A stretch of 64,000 nucleotides of DNA from Calditrichaceae bacterium (GTDB lineage Bacteria; Calditrichota; Calditrichia; Calditrichales; JBFXGD01): assembly GCA_050173015.1 (NCBI GenBank), contig JBFXLE010000014.1, forward strand, positions 1-64,000, in the 5' to 3' direction. The translations under genes and the position numbers were made by a program. Below the pieces are notes generated by a model. The model saw only the letters and a program-made list of their open reading frames with translations, was not told the origin of the DNA and searched no databases. Positions 18,909-28,789 of this stretch are shown here, piece after piece. Every line of letters starts with the position of its first letter. The first letter of the stretch is position 1.

Positions 18909-21299
18909 ATGAAAAAAGATTTTTCAATCGTCGGGCAACCGGTGATTCGCCAGGACGGCCTTGAGAAAGTTACCGGTAAAGCAAAATTTGCCGATGATTA
19001 CCGTTTTGCAGGCACTCTCACCGGGGTGATGGTTCGATTACCCGTGACTCACGCTAAAATAAAGTCGGTGGACTACTCAGCGATTAAAGGTGATCCGGCG
19101 TTATACGCGATCTGTGATGCTGATGATGTGCCGGGTAGCAATAAAGTAGGACCCATCCGTAAGGATCAACCCATATTTTGCAATGAAAAAATTGTAACTC
19201 CGGGTGATGTCATCGCCATGCTCATTGGTGAATCGGAAGATGAACTGCTCAAATTAAGGGAAAAAATCCATATTGATTATGAAATTTTACCCGTTGTCGA
19301 TGATGCCCGGGAAGCTCTCAAGCCCGACGCGCGACTGATTCATCCTGAGTATGAGAGCAACCTGATTGTGCATTATCCTCTGCGCCGGGGAAATATCGAT
19401 AAAGGATTCGCGGAGTGCGACAATATCATTGAAGAATCCTATTCGACACCGCTTATCGAACACGCCTATATTGAACCCGAATCGGTAACCGCTATTTTAA
19501 AAGAGGGCAAAAAGGGCATACATATCATCGGCAGCATTCAAAATCCGTTTTCCACCAGAAAGGTTGTGGCGCAAGTTCTCGGGTGGCCGTTAGCCAGGGT
19601 GAGAATTGAACAGGCTGAACTCGGTGGTTCATTCGGCGGTAAAGATGATATCATGAACATCCTGGCGGCGCGCGCCGCGGTGGCTTCGTTAAAGACCGGA
19701 CGCCCGGTGAAGATACATTACTCACGTGAAGATTCGATTTTAGAATCCTATAAACGGCATCCTTATTTCCTGAATTACAAAATCGGATATAACAACGATG
19801 GCAAAATAAAAGCGATGAAGATAGACCTGCTCGCCGACGGTGGCGCGTACTCATCGATGAGTCCTTTTGTGACCTGGAGAAGCGTGGTTCAGGCAACCGG
19901 TCCTTATGAAGTAGAAAATGTGTGGACCGATGTAAAAGCCGTATATACTAACAATCCCTACACCGGCGCCATGAGAGGGTTTGGGTCACCACAGCCGATC
20001 TTTGCCCAGGAATCGCTTATGGATGAAATTGCTATACGGCTTGGGATATCTCCTGAAGAAATTCGCGGGATAAACGGGTACCGGCAGAATTCGGTGACGG
20101 CAAGCGGACAAGCGCTTGAAAATCATGATGTGAATTTGCTTAAAGTCATGAACACAGCGACGGTAAAAACGAACTTTAGCGAAAAATGGCTGCAATATAA
20201 GAAAAAATCGGATGCCGCTCCTTTAAAAAGCAGGGGAAATTCACTTCTTTTAGCCAAAGATGAATTTGTGGAACCGCAAGAGGTCTGGCGTCAGGGTATC
20301 GGGCTTTCGGTCAGTTTTCGCGGCTGTTCACTCGGAGCGGAAGGAATTGACGCGGCCGCGGCATATTTATCGGTTCAGACTGACGGCTCTGTTTATTTGT
20401 TGAGCGGGCTTGCCGAAAACGGGCAGGGAATGAGAACGACATACGCGATCATCGCCGCGGAGATTTTTGGCATCGCCGTGGATGATATTTATTATTTGGA
20501 ACTGGATACGGGCAATGTGCCGGACAGCGGGCCCACCGTGGCCTCACGCGCGACATTAATGGGAGGCGGAGCAGTCAGGGAGGCGGCTGAAACGGTCAGA
20601 AAAAGACTTGAGGAGAGCCTGAAGAATGAGTGGGGACTGCCGGAATCGGCAGAATTAGTTTTCGAAAATCACAGGATATTTGAGAAATCAAATCCTGATA
20701 AAGATATTTCCTTTGCCGGGTTATGCAATACGGCGTATGGAAAAGGAGTTAATCTTGCCACCGTGGGTTGGTATCCCGGACCGGAAGTTCATTGGGATGA
20801 AGAAACGGGACAGGGATCAGCATATTTTACCTATGTGTATGGCTGCCAGGTAGCTGAGGTGCGTGTTAATACGGTTACCGGCGAAGTTTATATTGACCGG
20901 ATAGTGGCTGTACACGATCCGGGGCGAGTTATTAATCTGCTTGGCGCGCAGGGTCAGGTCTATGGCGGGGTAACCCAGGGGGCCGGTTATGGCCTTTGGG
21001 AAGAAATTAGCACCCATGAAGGCTCCATCAGAGAATTAAATTACGATCAGTATCTGATTCCCACCAGCAAGGATATCGGTGAGATTGTACCCATATTTGT
21101 TGAAGGTGAAGATCAGTATGGAGCATGGGGAGCGAAATCACTGGGTGAACCGACTCTGGAACTGACTTCAGCAGCAATAGCGAACGCCATCCGAAACGCG
21201 ACAGGAATCCGATTTTACAACTTACCGCTAAATCTGGAGGAACTCATTCTGAAACGGAAACTACGCCCGGAAGATCTGAAAAGGGGAAGCGCCGAATGA
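18909..21299 (+). CDS. Xanthine dehydrogenase family molybdopterin-binding subunit
   Basis: EHAYIEPE, LGGSFGGK, AMRGFGSPQ, ENGQG, DSGPTVASR, GAKSLGEP. Confidence 0.88.
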   Translation: MKKDFSIVGQPVIRQDGLEKVTGKAKFADDYRFAGTLTGVMVRLPVTHAKIKSVDYSAIKGDPALYAICDADDVPGSNKVGPIRKDQPIFCNEKIVTPGDVIAMLIGESEDELLKLREKIHIDYEILPVVDDAREALKPDARLIHPEYESNLIVHYPLRRGNIDKGFAECDNIIEESYSTPLIEHAYIEPESVTAILKEGKKGIHIIGSIQNPFSTRKVVAQVLGWPLARVRIEQAELGGSFGGKDDIMNILAARAAVASLKTGRPVKIHYSREDSILESYKRHPYFLNYKIGYNNDGKIKAMKIDLLADGGAYSSMSPFVTWRSVVQATGPYEVENVWTDVKAVYTNNPYTGAMRGFGSPQPIFAQESLMDEIAIRLGISPEEIRGINGYRQNSVTASGQALENHDVNLLKVMNTATVKTNFSEKWLQYKKKSDAAPLKSRGNSLLLAKDEFVEPQEVWRQGIGLSVSFRGCSLGAEGIDAAAAYLSVQTDGSVYLLSGLAENGQGMRTTYAIIAAEIFGIAVDDIYYLELDTGNVPDSGPTVASRATLMGGGAVREAAETVRKRLEESLKNEWGLPESAELVFENHRIFEKSNPDKDISFAGLCNTAYGKGVNLATVGWYPGPEVHWDEETGQGSAYFTYVYGCQVAEVRVNTVTGEVYIDRIVAVHDPGRVINLLGAQGQVYGGVTQGAGYGLWEEISTHEGSIRELNYDQYLIPTSKDIGEIVPIFVEGEDQYGAWGAKSLGEPTLELTSAAIANAIRNATGIRFYNLPLNLEELILKRKLRPEDLKRGSAE

Positions 21300-22177
21300 G
21301 ACAGAAATTTGATTTCAGAAGACCACAATCTCTCCCGGAAGCGTTAACCATAATGGCCGAATATGGCAGCCGCGCCCGTATCCTGGCCGGCGGCACGGAT
21401 ATTCTGCCGGGGTTTCATCAGGGCTCACGGAGATTTGAAAATATCGATTTGCTGGTAGATCTCAATGCCGTTCCCGAGATGAAAAAAATCAGTGAGGAAG
21501 CAGGACAAATCGCCATCGGTGGAGGTGTGACGTTTTCACAAATTATAAATAACGAATGGATAAATAAGAAGTACCCTTTATTGGTAAGAGCGTCATCCGG
21601 TATCGGTAGTCTCCAGATAAGGAATAAGGCTACAATAACGGGAAATTTTGTAAATAACGCCCCATGCGCGGACAGCGTTCCACCCTTATTAGTGTATGAC
21701 GCGCGGCTGTTGATTCAGTCAAAAGTCGATCAGCGTGAGCTTTCGCTGGAGGAATTTCTGATCAAACCCTATGGAACACAGCTCAAAGAAGATGAGATTG
21801 TTACAAAAATAGTTTTACCCGCGCCTGATAAGGATTGGCGCGGAGATTTTTATAAGCTTGGCAGACGCAGGGCGGTGTCAATCAGCCGGATTACGCTTGC
21901 TTTGCTTCTAAAAACCGATGGAGAAATGATCCGGGAAATGCGAATGGCCAGCGGCGCCATCACGCCAATCGGTAAAAGATTTAAAAACATTGAAAAACTG
22001 GCGACAGGACAAAAAGTCGGGTCAGATTTTTTCAAAGAGCTTTCAATGAGACTGGGCGAAGAGATAATGGACGTTACGGGTTTGCGCTGGTCCAGCGCTT
22101 ATAAAGTCCCCGTGGTTCAACAGTTGTTCTATCAGCTGTTAAAACAGGTCAGTCAACCATCCGGGGAGAAAATCTGA
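21296..22177 (+). CDS. XDH family FAD-binding subunit
   Basis: LAGGTD, IGSLQIRNKATITGN, PCADS, KLGRRRAVSIS. ATGA overlap with upstream gene. Confidence 0.85.
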   Translation: MRQKFDFRRPQSLPEALTIMAEYGSRARILAGGTDILPGFHQGSRRFENIDLLVDLNAVPEMKKISEEAGQIAIGGGVTFSQIINNEWINKKYPLLVRASSGIGSLQIRNKATITGNFVNNAPCADSVPPLLVYDARLLIQSKVDQRELSLEEFLIKPYGTQLKEDEIVTKIVLPAPDKDWRGDFYKLGRRRAVSISRITLALLLKTDGEMIREMRMASGAITPIGKRFKNIEKLATGQKVGSDFFKELSMRLGEEIMDVTGLRWSSAYKVPVVQQLFYQLLKQVSQPSGEKI

Positions 22178-22644
22178 TGTTATTAAATGTAAGTTTCAAA
22201 CTGAATAATAAACCGGTAAAAATAAATACACCGGCCAACAGACGGCTCCTGGATGTGTTGCGGGAAGATTTCGGACTCATCGGGACTAAGGAAGGGTGCA
22301 GTGTCGGAGAATGCGGAGCCTGCACAGTAATAATGGATGGTAACGCGGTAAATTCATGCCTGATATTGATTGGGCAGGCAGAAGGTTCAGAAATCCTGAC
22401 CGTGGAAGGATTGGAGCAAGATGGTCATTTGCATCCGCTCCAGGAACGCTTTCTGGAAAAAGGAGCGGTTCAGTGCGGATTTTGCACACCCGGTATGCTG
22501 ATGTCAGCCTACGCGCTGATTGAACAGAATCCGCGTCCGTCTCAGGATGATATCAAAGAGGCAATCGAAGGGAATTTATGTCGTTGTACAGGCTATAAAC
22601 AAATCATCGAGGCCATTGATCCGGCCCCGGATGATTTGAATTAG
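22177..22644 (+). CDS. XDH family 2Fe-2S subunit
   Basis: GTKEGCSVGECGACTV, QCGFCTPG, GNLCRCTGY. Confidence 0.9.
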   Translation: MLLNVSFKLNNKPVKINTPANRRLLDVLREDFGLIGTKEGCSVGECGACTVIMDGNAVNSCLILIGQAEGSEILTVEGLEQDGHLHPLQERFLEKGAVQCGFCTPGMLMSAYALIEQNPRPSQDDIKEAIEGNLCRCTGYKQIIEAIDPAPDDLN

Positions 22645-22687
22645 TATTTTCTGGTTACAAGTGACTCTATCGATATTGAGATGATTT

Positions 22688-25600
22688 TTAGTTCTGAGGC
22701 TGTATAAGATAGTCAAAATTCTCAATCAAATTCTCTAAGACCAACATAAAATTACTGAATTCTACTGATTCCGGCGTGCGCGGAATCGGGACAAATCCAT
22801 CTTTCAGATTATAAAAAAGCGATTCCACTTTTGATTCGAACCGGACTTTGCATTCATAGCCGGAATTATTGCCATTAGTGACTGTTTTAAGAAAGAATCC
22901 CGCGTTTTTGCTCAGATTAAACTCATTCTCATCCCAGAATAGAGTTATCTTATCTTTGTACGGGGCTCCGTTATAGGGGCAGAAAGTCTCGCAATTGCCG
23001 CATTCATTACAGAGCGCGTCCATATGAACAATCTGGTAATTATCCTTAAAGGATCCGTTGACAGGTATGGCCAGATTTGCTCTGTTCGGGCACACTTCCA
23101 CACATTTATTACAAATCACATTACATCCCAGGCAGCGTGAAGCTTCAGCGGTCATATCGCTCATCATAACCGGTAACAAGTTTCCTTTGGCGGAAATAAT
23201 ATGATCAGTCCGCTCCGGATGATCAAATTTGCCGCTAAAATCAGGATTCGGATCAAAACCGGTTTTTTCCCGTTTCATGATCTCTTCCGCGACTTTTTTA
23301 CCGTCTGCTATGGACTCCACAACCGTTGAAGGTCCTCTGAAGGCATCGCCTCCAATAAATACATTATTGATGGATGTCTCGTTTGTCTCAGGGTCAACTA
23401 TCAAGTCTTTATTTTCGGTAAAACCCATATTATTCTCTCTTAAAATATCCTCATCGACGAGTTCACCGATAGCCGATATGACAGAACTTATTTCCATCTC
23501 CTCAAACGCGTTCTCTATGGGAGTTACCTTTCTGCGGCCGTCGTTTCCGGTCTCTCCAAGCGTCATTTTCTGACATTTTAGAATGCTACCGTCAAACTCG
23601 ACAGGAAGCAGCAATTCCCTGAAAATCACTCCGTCCTCCATGGCGCCGTCAAATTCTTCCTTGTCGGCCGGCATAAATTCTCTGGTGCGTCTGTAGATGA
23701 TATACACTTTTTCAACGCCGTCGGATCTTAGGGCAGCTCTCGCGCCATCCATCGCTGAATTTCCACCCCCCACAACCGCGACGGTTTTTCCTAAATCCGT
23801 TCGGTTTTTCAGATTATAATTTTTTAAAAACCGCACGGCGTCAAATACCTTGTCAGAGTTTCCATCGAGCCGGATCGGATTGGATTTCATCGCGCCAATG
23901 GCAATATGAATATATTTGAATCCTTGCGCTTTAAATTTGTCGATGGAAAAATCCTGACCGGTGTTGAACACAAACTTTACACCGTGTTTTTTTATAAAAT
24001 CGATATCATTGTCGATCGCATCCTGCGGCAGACGGAAATCGGGAATCACATGCTGGACCGTTCCTCCGGCCCGTTCACTTTTCTCAAAAATGGTTACGTC
24101 AAATCCGGCTTTTGCCAGAAAATAAGCAGCGGAAAGTCCGGACGGCCCCGCGCCGATAACGGCGACCGCAACACCATTTTTTATCTGCCCGGTTTTGATA
24201 TTGAATTGAGCCAGATAGGCCTCATACCCGTTTTCAGCGGCGTATTTTTTTAACTCGCGGATTTGAAGAGGGGAATCATAGTCCCAGCGCGTGCAGTGAT
24301 TCATGCATTGATGATCACAGATATATCCCGTGATATGAGGAAGCGGATTTCTGGCGACAATGACATCAAAAGCATCCGCGTAACGCCCTTCTTCTATTAA
24401 GCGAATGTATTCGGACACATCCTGGTGGATAGGGCAGGCGGACTGACAGGGTGAAATATAACAGTCAACCATGGGTAACCGGTCAGGCAATTTGATTGTG
24501 TCGATTTCCCTTCTTCCTTTATGATAAGATGGATCATTCAAGGAAGATTCCGCCAGAATTTTCAGTTTTGCCGCATCAATCCGATCGTTTTGCAGAGAAC
24601 TATAGCCTGATAACTCGGCGGTCGCGGAAATTTGATTAAGCCGTTCATATCCGCCCGGTTTTAGCAAATCGGTGACCAGAGTGACGGGAAAAATTCCGGT
24701 GGAAATGAGCGAATCAATATTTTCATTGGTCGCGCCGCCGGAATATGAGATATTAATTTTTCCATCAAATGTTTCGGAAAGCAGGCGGGCCAGATTAATC
24801 GTAAGGGGAAAGAGAGATCTTCCGGACATATACATCTGATCTCCGGTGAGCCTTTGTTTTTTATTGTTGACTCCAAGCGTGTTGGAAAGTTTCACGCCAA
24901 ATTGTTTTCCATGTTGTCCGGCAATATCGGTTAATCTCTCAATCATGGGAACAGCGTCTTCCATTTGCAGGTCATGCGCGAAGGAATCGGGATCAAGATC
25001 GATATATTGATAGCCCTGACCGAAAAGAATCTCTTTGACTTTATCATACCCCAGGAGGGTGGGATTTAATTTGACATAAGTGTGCAGTCCTTTTTCTCTG
25101 ATAAGATATTCACTAATGGATTCTATTTCATCCGGCGGGCAGCCGTGCATTGTTGATAGTGTAACGGATCCGGATATCCTGGGTGAAATGGCATCGATTT
25201 TTTCCACAAAACCGGCTGGCGATGCCTTATATTTGCTCTTGTTTTTAGCATATATGGCGGTAATCCGGTCAGACTGTAATTCTTCTTTCAGAATGTTTTT
25301 ATAGTCGTCAAATAAGGGATTCCCCGAGGCGTCTTTTAATTCATCTATAAACCGATCCATCCGGGCGGTTTTAATGCCCGCCAGATCATACCCCACGCTC
25401 ATGTTGAAGATAAAACTCCGTTCGCTGAAGGGTGAAAACCCGAAGAGATCGTTGAGCATGTGCAGCAGAAACCATGATTTCAGATATTCATCATAAGACT
25501 GATCCAAAGTCAGCTCCTGGGACCATTCGATATTGTATCCTTCATCTTCAGCGTCAATACAGGGTTTGTCAATTTCCAGGCGATCCAGTTTTTGAACGGT

Positions 25601-25849
25601 TTTCAGCTCAAAAAAACGTCCTCCTGTCAGATAAGCCGAGATGATATTTTGCGATAACTGTGTATGAGGACCGGCCGCGGGGCCAATCGGAGTTTCCAAA
25701 AACTCGTCAAATATTTGAAGACGATGCTCGTTGTTTTTAAAAAAGAATTTTGAAGCGGGGATTCCAAAGATCGTATTCACTCCGTTGAATTCTTCAAATA
25801 TCCAGCGAATAAGCTGCCGGAATTCTATTGGTCTCATCCTGTCTGACAT
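22688..25849 (-). CDS. ygfK: YgfK Fe-S flavo-oxidoreductase (putative selenate reductase subunit family)
   Basis: MSDRMRP, GPAAGPHTQLSQNI, FFELKTVQ, KPCIDAEDEGYN.EWS.EL, TLSTMHGCPP, KLSNT, MYMSGRSL, GAGPSG, GGGNSAMD, CVEVCPNRAN, CNECGNCETFCP. Confidence 0.92.
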   Translation of the reverse strand: MSDRMRPIEFRQLIRWIFEEFNGVNTIFGIPASKFFFKNNEHRLQIFDEFLETPIGPAAGPHTQLSQNIISAYLTGGRFFELKTVQKLDRLEIDKPCIDAEDEGYNIEWSQELTLDQSYDEYLKSWFLLHMLNDLFGFSPFSERSFIFNMSVGYDLAGIKTARMDRFIDELKDASGNPLFDDYKNILKEELQSDRITAIYAKNKSKYKASPAGFVEKIDAISPRISGSVTLSTMHGCPPDEIESISEYLIREKGLHTYVKLNPTLLGYDKVKEILFGQGYQYIDLDPDSFAHDLQMEDAVPMIERLTDIAGQHGKQFGVKLSNTLGVNNKKQRLTGDQMYMSGRSLFPLTINLARLLSETFDGKINISYSGGATNENIDSLISTGIFPVTLVTDLLKPGGYERLNQISATAELSGYSSLQNDRIDAAKLKILAESSLNDPSYHKGRREIDTIKLPDRLPMVDCYISPCQSACPIHQDVSEYIRLIEEGRYADAFDVIVARNPLPHITGYICDHQCMNHCTRWDYDSPLQIRELKKYAAENGYEAYLAQFNIKTGQIKNGVAVAVIGAGPSGLSAAYFLAKAGFDVTIFEKSERAGGTVQHVIPDFRLPQDAIDNDIDFIKKHGVKFVFNTGQDFSIDKFKAQGFKYIHIAIGAMKSNPIRLDGNSDKVFDAVRFLKNYNLKNRTDLGKTVAVVGGGNSAMDGARAALRSDGVEKVYIIYRRTREFMPADKEEFDGAMEDGVIFRELLLPVEFDGSILKCQKMTLGETGNDGRRKVTPIENAFEEMEISSVISAIGELVDEDILRENNMGFTENKDLIVDPETNETSINNVFIGGDAFRGPSTVVESIADGKKVAEEIMKREKTGFDPNPDFSGKFDHPERTDHIISAKGNLLPVMMSDMTAEASRCLGCNVICNKCVEVCPNRANLAIPVNGSFKDNYQIVHMDALCNECGNCETFCPYNGAPYKDKITLFWDENEFNLSKNAGFFLKTVTNGNNSGYECKVRFESKVESLFYNLKDGFVPIPRTPESVEFSNFMLVLENLIENFDYLIQPQN

Positions 25850-25945
25850 TTATTTCCTCCGCTTGAAGATTAACCGATTAGTATTAGTTGCGTCATCTAT
25901 TCCTATAAAAATTTACAAATTACATAAACATACATCAAAAAAGGA

Positions 25946-26179
25946 TCATTCATCATCCAAAGCGGTACCGTTGTGATATGATAGTTTCATATTCGACATT
26001 GGTGGCTTTTGAACATGGCGGAAATTTGATATTTGATCCGCAAGCTCATCAAGCATATCTTCGAGTTCAATTAATTCGTCAATATCCTGTCCTTTTGTAT
26101 TTGAATTTTCATCTTTTGCGGTTTTTTCATTACCCGATATATGTAATGATTGCTCATTTTTTGGTTTATTATCCATCAA
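25946..26179 (-). CDS. Small acidic hypothetical protein upstream of ygfK
   Basis: AAGGAG RBS just before TTG/ATG on the minus strand; acidic amphipathic helix DIDELIELEDMLDELADQI. Confidence 0.5.
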   Translation of the reverse strand: MMDNKPKNEQSLHISGNEKTAKDENSNTKGQDIDELIELEDMLDELADQISNFRHVQKPPMSNMKLSYHNGTALDDE

Positions 26180-26480
26180 CTGCTCCTTGTTTTATTTGTC
26201 ATTCCATTCTTCAGGTTATTAAAGATACTTCTTTCCACCCATCCGGGAAACAATTAAAATTTCCGTTTGAGCAGGCGCATCACTCAACATTATAAGATTG
26301 ATACTTTTTGAGTACATCATAGAATCAGAAAATCGACCTGTACTCAAATTGATTTAATTATAATCAAAAAAAGATTATGTAACTTGTATAATTATACCAA
26401 TTTCAGTTGTTATATATCAAAAAAATTTTGTATTATCTATAAGAAATAACTCCACTAATAGCGAATCACGAGGGTATTAT

Positions 26481-27665
26481 ATGAATCGGACTGAACACAT
26501 TCTTCATCTGGCAAAGAAATACGAAAGTTATACCGCTGAAAATCTTTCAAAATTAATACGGCATAAATCATTGAGCTGTAATGAAAAAGATGTTGTCAAT
26601 GAAATTAAAAACCTTATGACAGAGGCCGGCTTTGATGATGTTAAAATTGACGGACTCGGTAATGTGATAGGGCGAATCGGAAACGGCAAAAAAATCATCG
26701 CTTTTGACGGGCATATTGACACGGTTGATCTTGGTAATCCGGAAAACTGGGATTTTGATCCGCTTGGGGGTGAGGTCAGGGATGGATTTGTGCATGGAAG
26801 AGGTTCTGTTGATCAAAAAGGCGGCCCGGCGGCGTTTATCACGGCCGGAAAGATATTGAAGGAAATCGGTCTTCAAAATGATGTAACTGTTTATTTTATC
26901 GGTTCGGTAATGGAAGAGGATTGTGACGGGCTTTGCTGGAAGTATATAACTGAAGAAGATAAAATCATTCCTGATTGTGTGGTTGTGACGGAACCGACAA
27001 ATCTTAATATATACAGAGGCCATCGCGGGCGTATGGAGATCGAAGTTTCGTTTTATGGTATTTCCGCGCATGGGTCAGCTCCTGAGCGAGGAAAAAACGC
27101 AATTTATATGGCATCAAAAGCAGCGCTTGAAATAGAGAAATTAAATAAACGGCTGCAGTCTGATCCTTTTCTCGGTAAAGGTTCAGTCACCGTGACGGAA
27201 ATGGTTTCATCAAGCCCTTCTTTGTGCGCGGTTTCTGATTTCTGTAAAATTCATCTTGACCGAAGACTCACATGGGGTGAAAACAAGGAACTGGCCGTGG
27301 AACAGGTTAGGGAAATTGTGAAGGATATGAACGCGAAAGTCGAGATTCTGGAATACAACGAAAAAGCGTTTACGGGTTTGAAATATGGTATGCAAAAATA
27401 TTATCCGACCTGGAAACTGGAAGAAAATCACCCGGTGATTCAGACCGGTGTTAATACATATACCGGTTTATTCAAAAGTCAACCGGTTATTGACAAGTGG
27501 ACATTTTCCACAAACGGAGTTGTTATCAATGGTCTGAAAAATATTCCTGTGATTGGTTTTGGCCCGGGGAATGAAGTGCTGGCGCACGCTCCGAATGAGA
27601 AGGTACCCGTTGAACATTTGGTGAAGTCGTCCGCCTTCTATGCTCATTTTTGTGATAATTTTTAA
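26481..27665 (+). CDS. ygeY: YgeY family M20 hydrolase
   Basis: AFDGHIDTV, GRGSVDQKG, EEDCDGLCW, YRGHRGRMEI, HGSAPERG, DRRLTWGE, DKWTFSTNGV, GFGPG.E..AHAPNE. Confidence 0.92.
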   Translation: MNRTEHILHLAKKYESYTAENLSKLIRHKSLSCNEKDVVNEIKNLMTEAGFDDVKIDGLGNVIGRIGNGKKIIAFDGHIDTVDLGNPENWDFDPLGGEVRDGFVHGRGSVDQKGGPAAFITAGKILKEIGLQNDVTVYFIGSVMEEDCDGLCWKYITEEDKIIPDCVVVTEPTNLNIYRGHRGRMEIEVSFYGISAHGSAPERGKNAIYMASKAALEIEKLNKRLQSDPFLGKGSVTVTEMVSSSPSLCAVSDFCKIHLDRRLTWGENKELAVEQVREIVKDMNAKVEILEYNEKAFTGLKYGMQKYYPTWKLEENHPVIQTGVNTYTGLFKSQPVIDKWTFSTNGVVINGLKNIPVIGFGPGNEVLAHAPNEKVPVEHLVKSSAFYAHFCDNF

Positions 27666-27710
27666 CACTATAGTATAAATCGGAACATGAAATTGGTCTA
27701 AGGAGTGAAT

Positions 27711-28721
27711 ATGGTCTCAAATCTGAAAGGAAAACATTTTTTAACCTGTGATGACTGGTCGAAACAGGAACTGGATACGGTTTTTGATACAGCGTTCGAT
27801 TTAAAAAGAAAATTTGCCAGAGAAGAACCGACACGCTATTTGATGGATAAAACTCTTTTTATGATCTTTTTTGAACAATCCACGCGGACTCGTAACTCCA
27901 TGGAAGCCGGTATGACTCAGCTAGGAGGGCACGCGCACGATTTGACCGCGGATAAAATGCAGATTTCCCACGGGGAAGCGCCAAAGGACACCGCAATAAT
28001 TCTCTCAAGAATGGGACACGGAATCGCTTCAAGAAATTGTTTTTACGGCATCGGGAATGAATATCTGAATGAAATGGCAAAAAATTCCAAACGGCCGGTG
28101 ATGTCTTTGCAGGATGATGTTTATCATCCATTCCAGGGATTAGCTGATCTGATGACGATATTTGAGCATTTCGGGAACAATGCCAAAGGATTGAAGGTAA
28201 CGGTCTCATGGGCTTACGCCGATACGCATTCGAAACCTTTGTCAGTGCCGCAGACACAAATCCTGTTATTTCCACGTTATGGAATTGATGTGACCGTCGC
28301 GCATCCGAAAGAATTCCCTTTAAGTCAAAATATTGTTGAAAAAGCCCGGGCCAATGCCGAGGCGGGCGGAGGAAGCATTCGATTTACAAATGATATGGAT
28401 GAGGGATTTGAAGGCGCTCATATTGTCATACCGAAAAATTGGGGCGGATTTGGATACTATCCCGTTGATGAGTACCTGAAAAATGAAGATTCATGCAAAA
28501 AAGAGATGAAATCGAATCTTGAAAAATATAAAAACTGGATTTGTGATGAACGGAGAATCAAACGGGCCGATAAAAATGTCAAACTGATGCACGCGCTGCC
28601 GGCAGACCGCGGCAATGAGGTGACCGATGAAATTCTCGATAATCCGGACATTTCCATTGTTTTTGACGAAGCGGAAAACAGGCTTCATACGGCAAAATCC
28701 ATTATGGCGCTAACTATGTAA
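27711..28721 (+). CDS. ygeW: YgeW-like knotted carbamoyltransferase
   Basis: STRTR, HPFQGLAD, SWAY....KPLSVPQ (YgeW-type signature), MHALPAD, EAENR. AGGAG RBS before ATG 27711. Confidence 0.75.
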   Translation: MVSNLKGKHFLTCDDWSKQELDTVFDTAFDLKRKFAREEPTRYLMDKTLFMIFFEQSTRTRNSMEAGMTQLGGHAHDLTADKMQISHGEAPKDTAIILSRMGHGIASRNCFYGIGNEYLNEMAKNSKRPVMSLQDDVYHPFQGLADLMTIFEHFGNNAKGLKVTVSWAYADTHSKPLSVPQTQILLFPRYGIDVTVAHPKEFPLSQNIVEKARANAEAGGGSIRFTNDMDEGFEGAHIVIPKNWGGFGYYPVDEYLKNEDSCKKEMKSNLEKYKNWICDERRIKRADKNVKLMHALPADRGNEVTDEILDNPDISIVFDEAENRLHTAKSIMALTM

Positions 28722-28747
28722 TTTATAAATTAACCTTACGGGATCTT

Positions 28748-28775
28748 TTCAGGGGGCAGGATATTGTCCCCTGAA
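28748..28775 (+). other. Intergenic stem-loop without U-tract
   Basis: TTCAGGGGGCA / TGTCCCCTGAA inverted repeat between the ygeW-like and thrC-like genes. Confidence 0.5.
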
Positions 28776-28789
28776 CAAGGTTCTGACAG

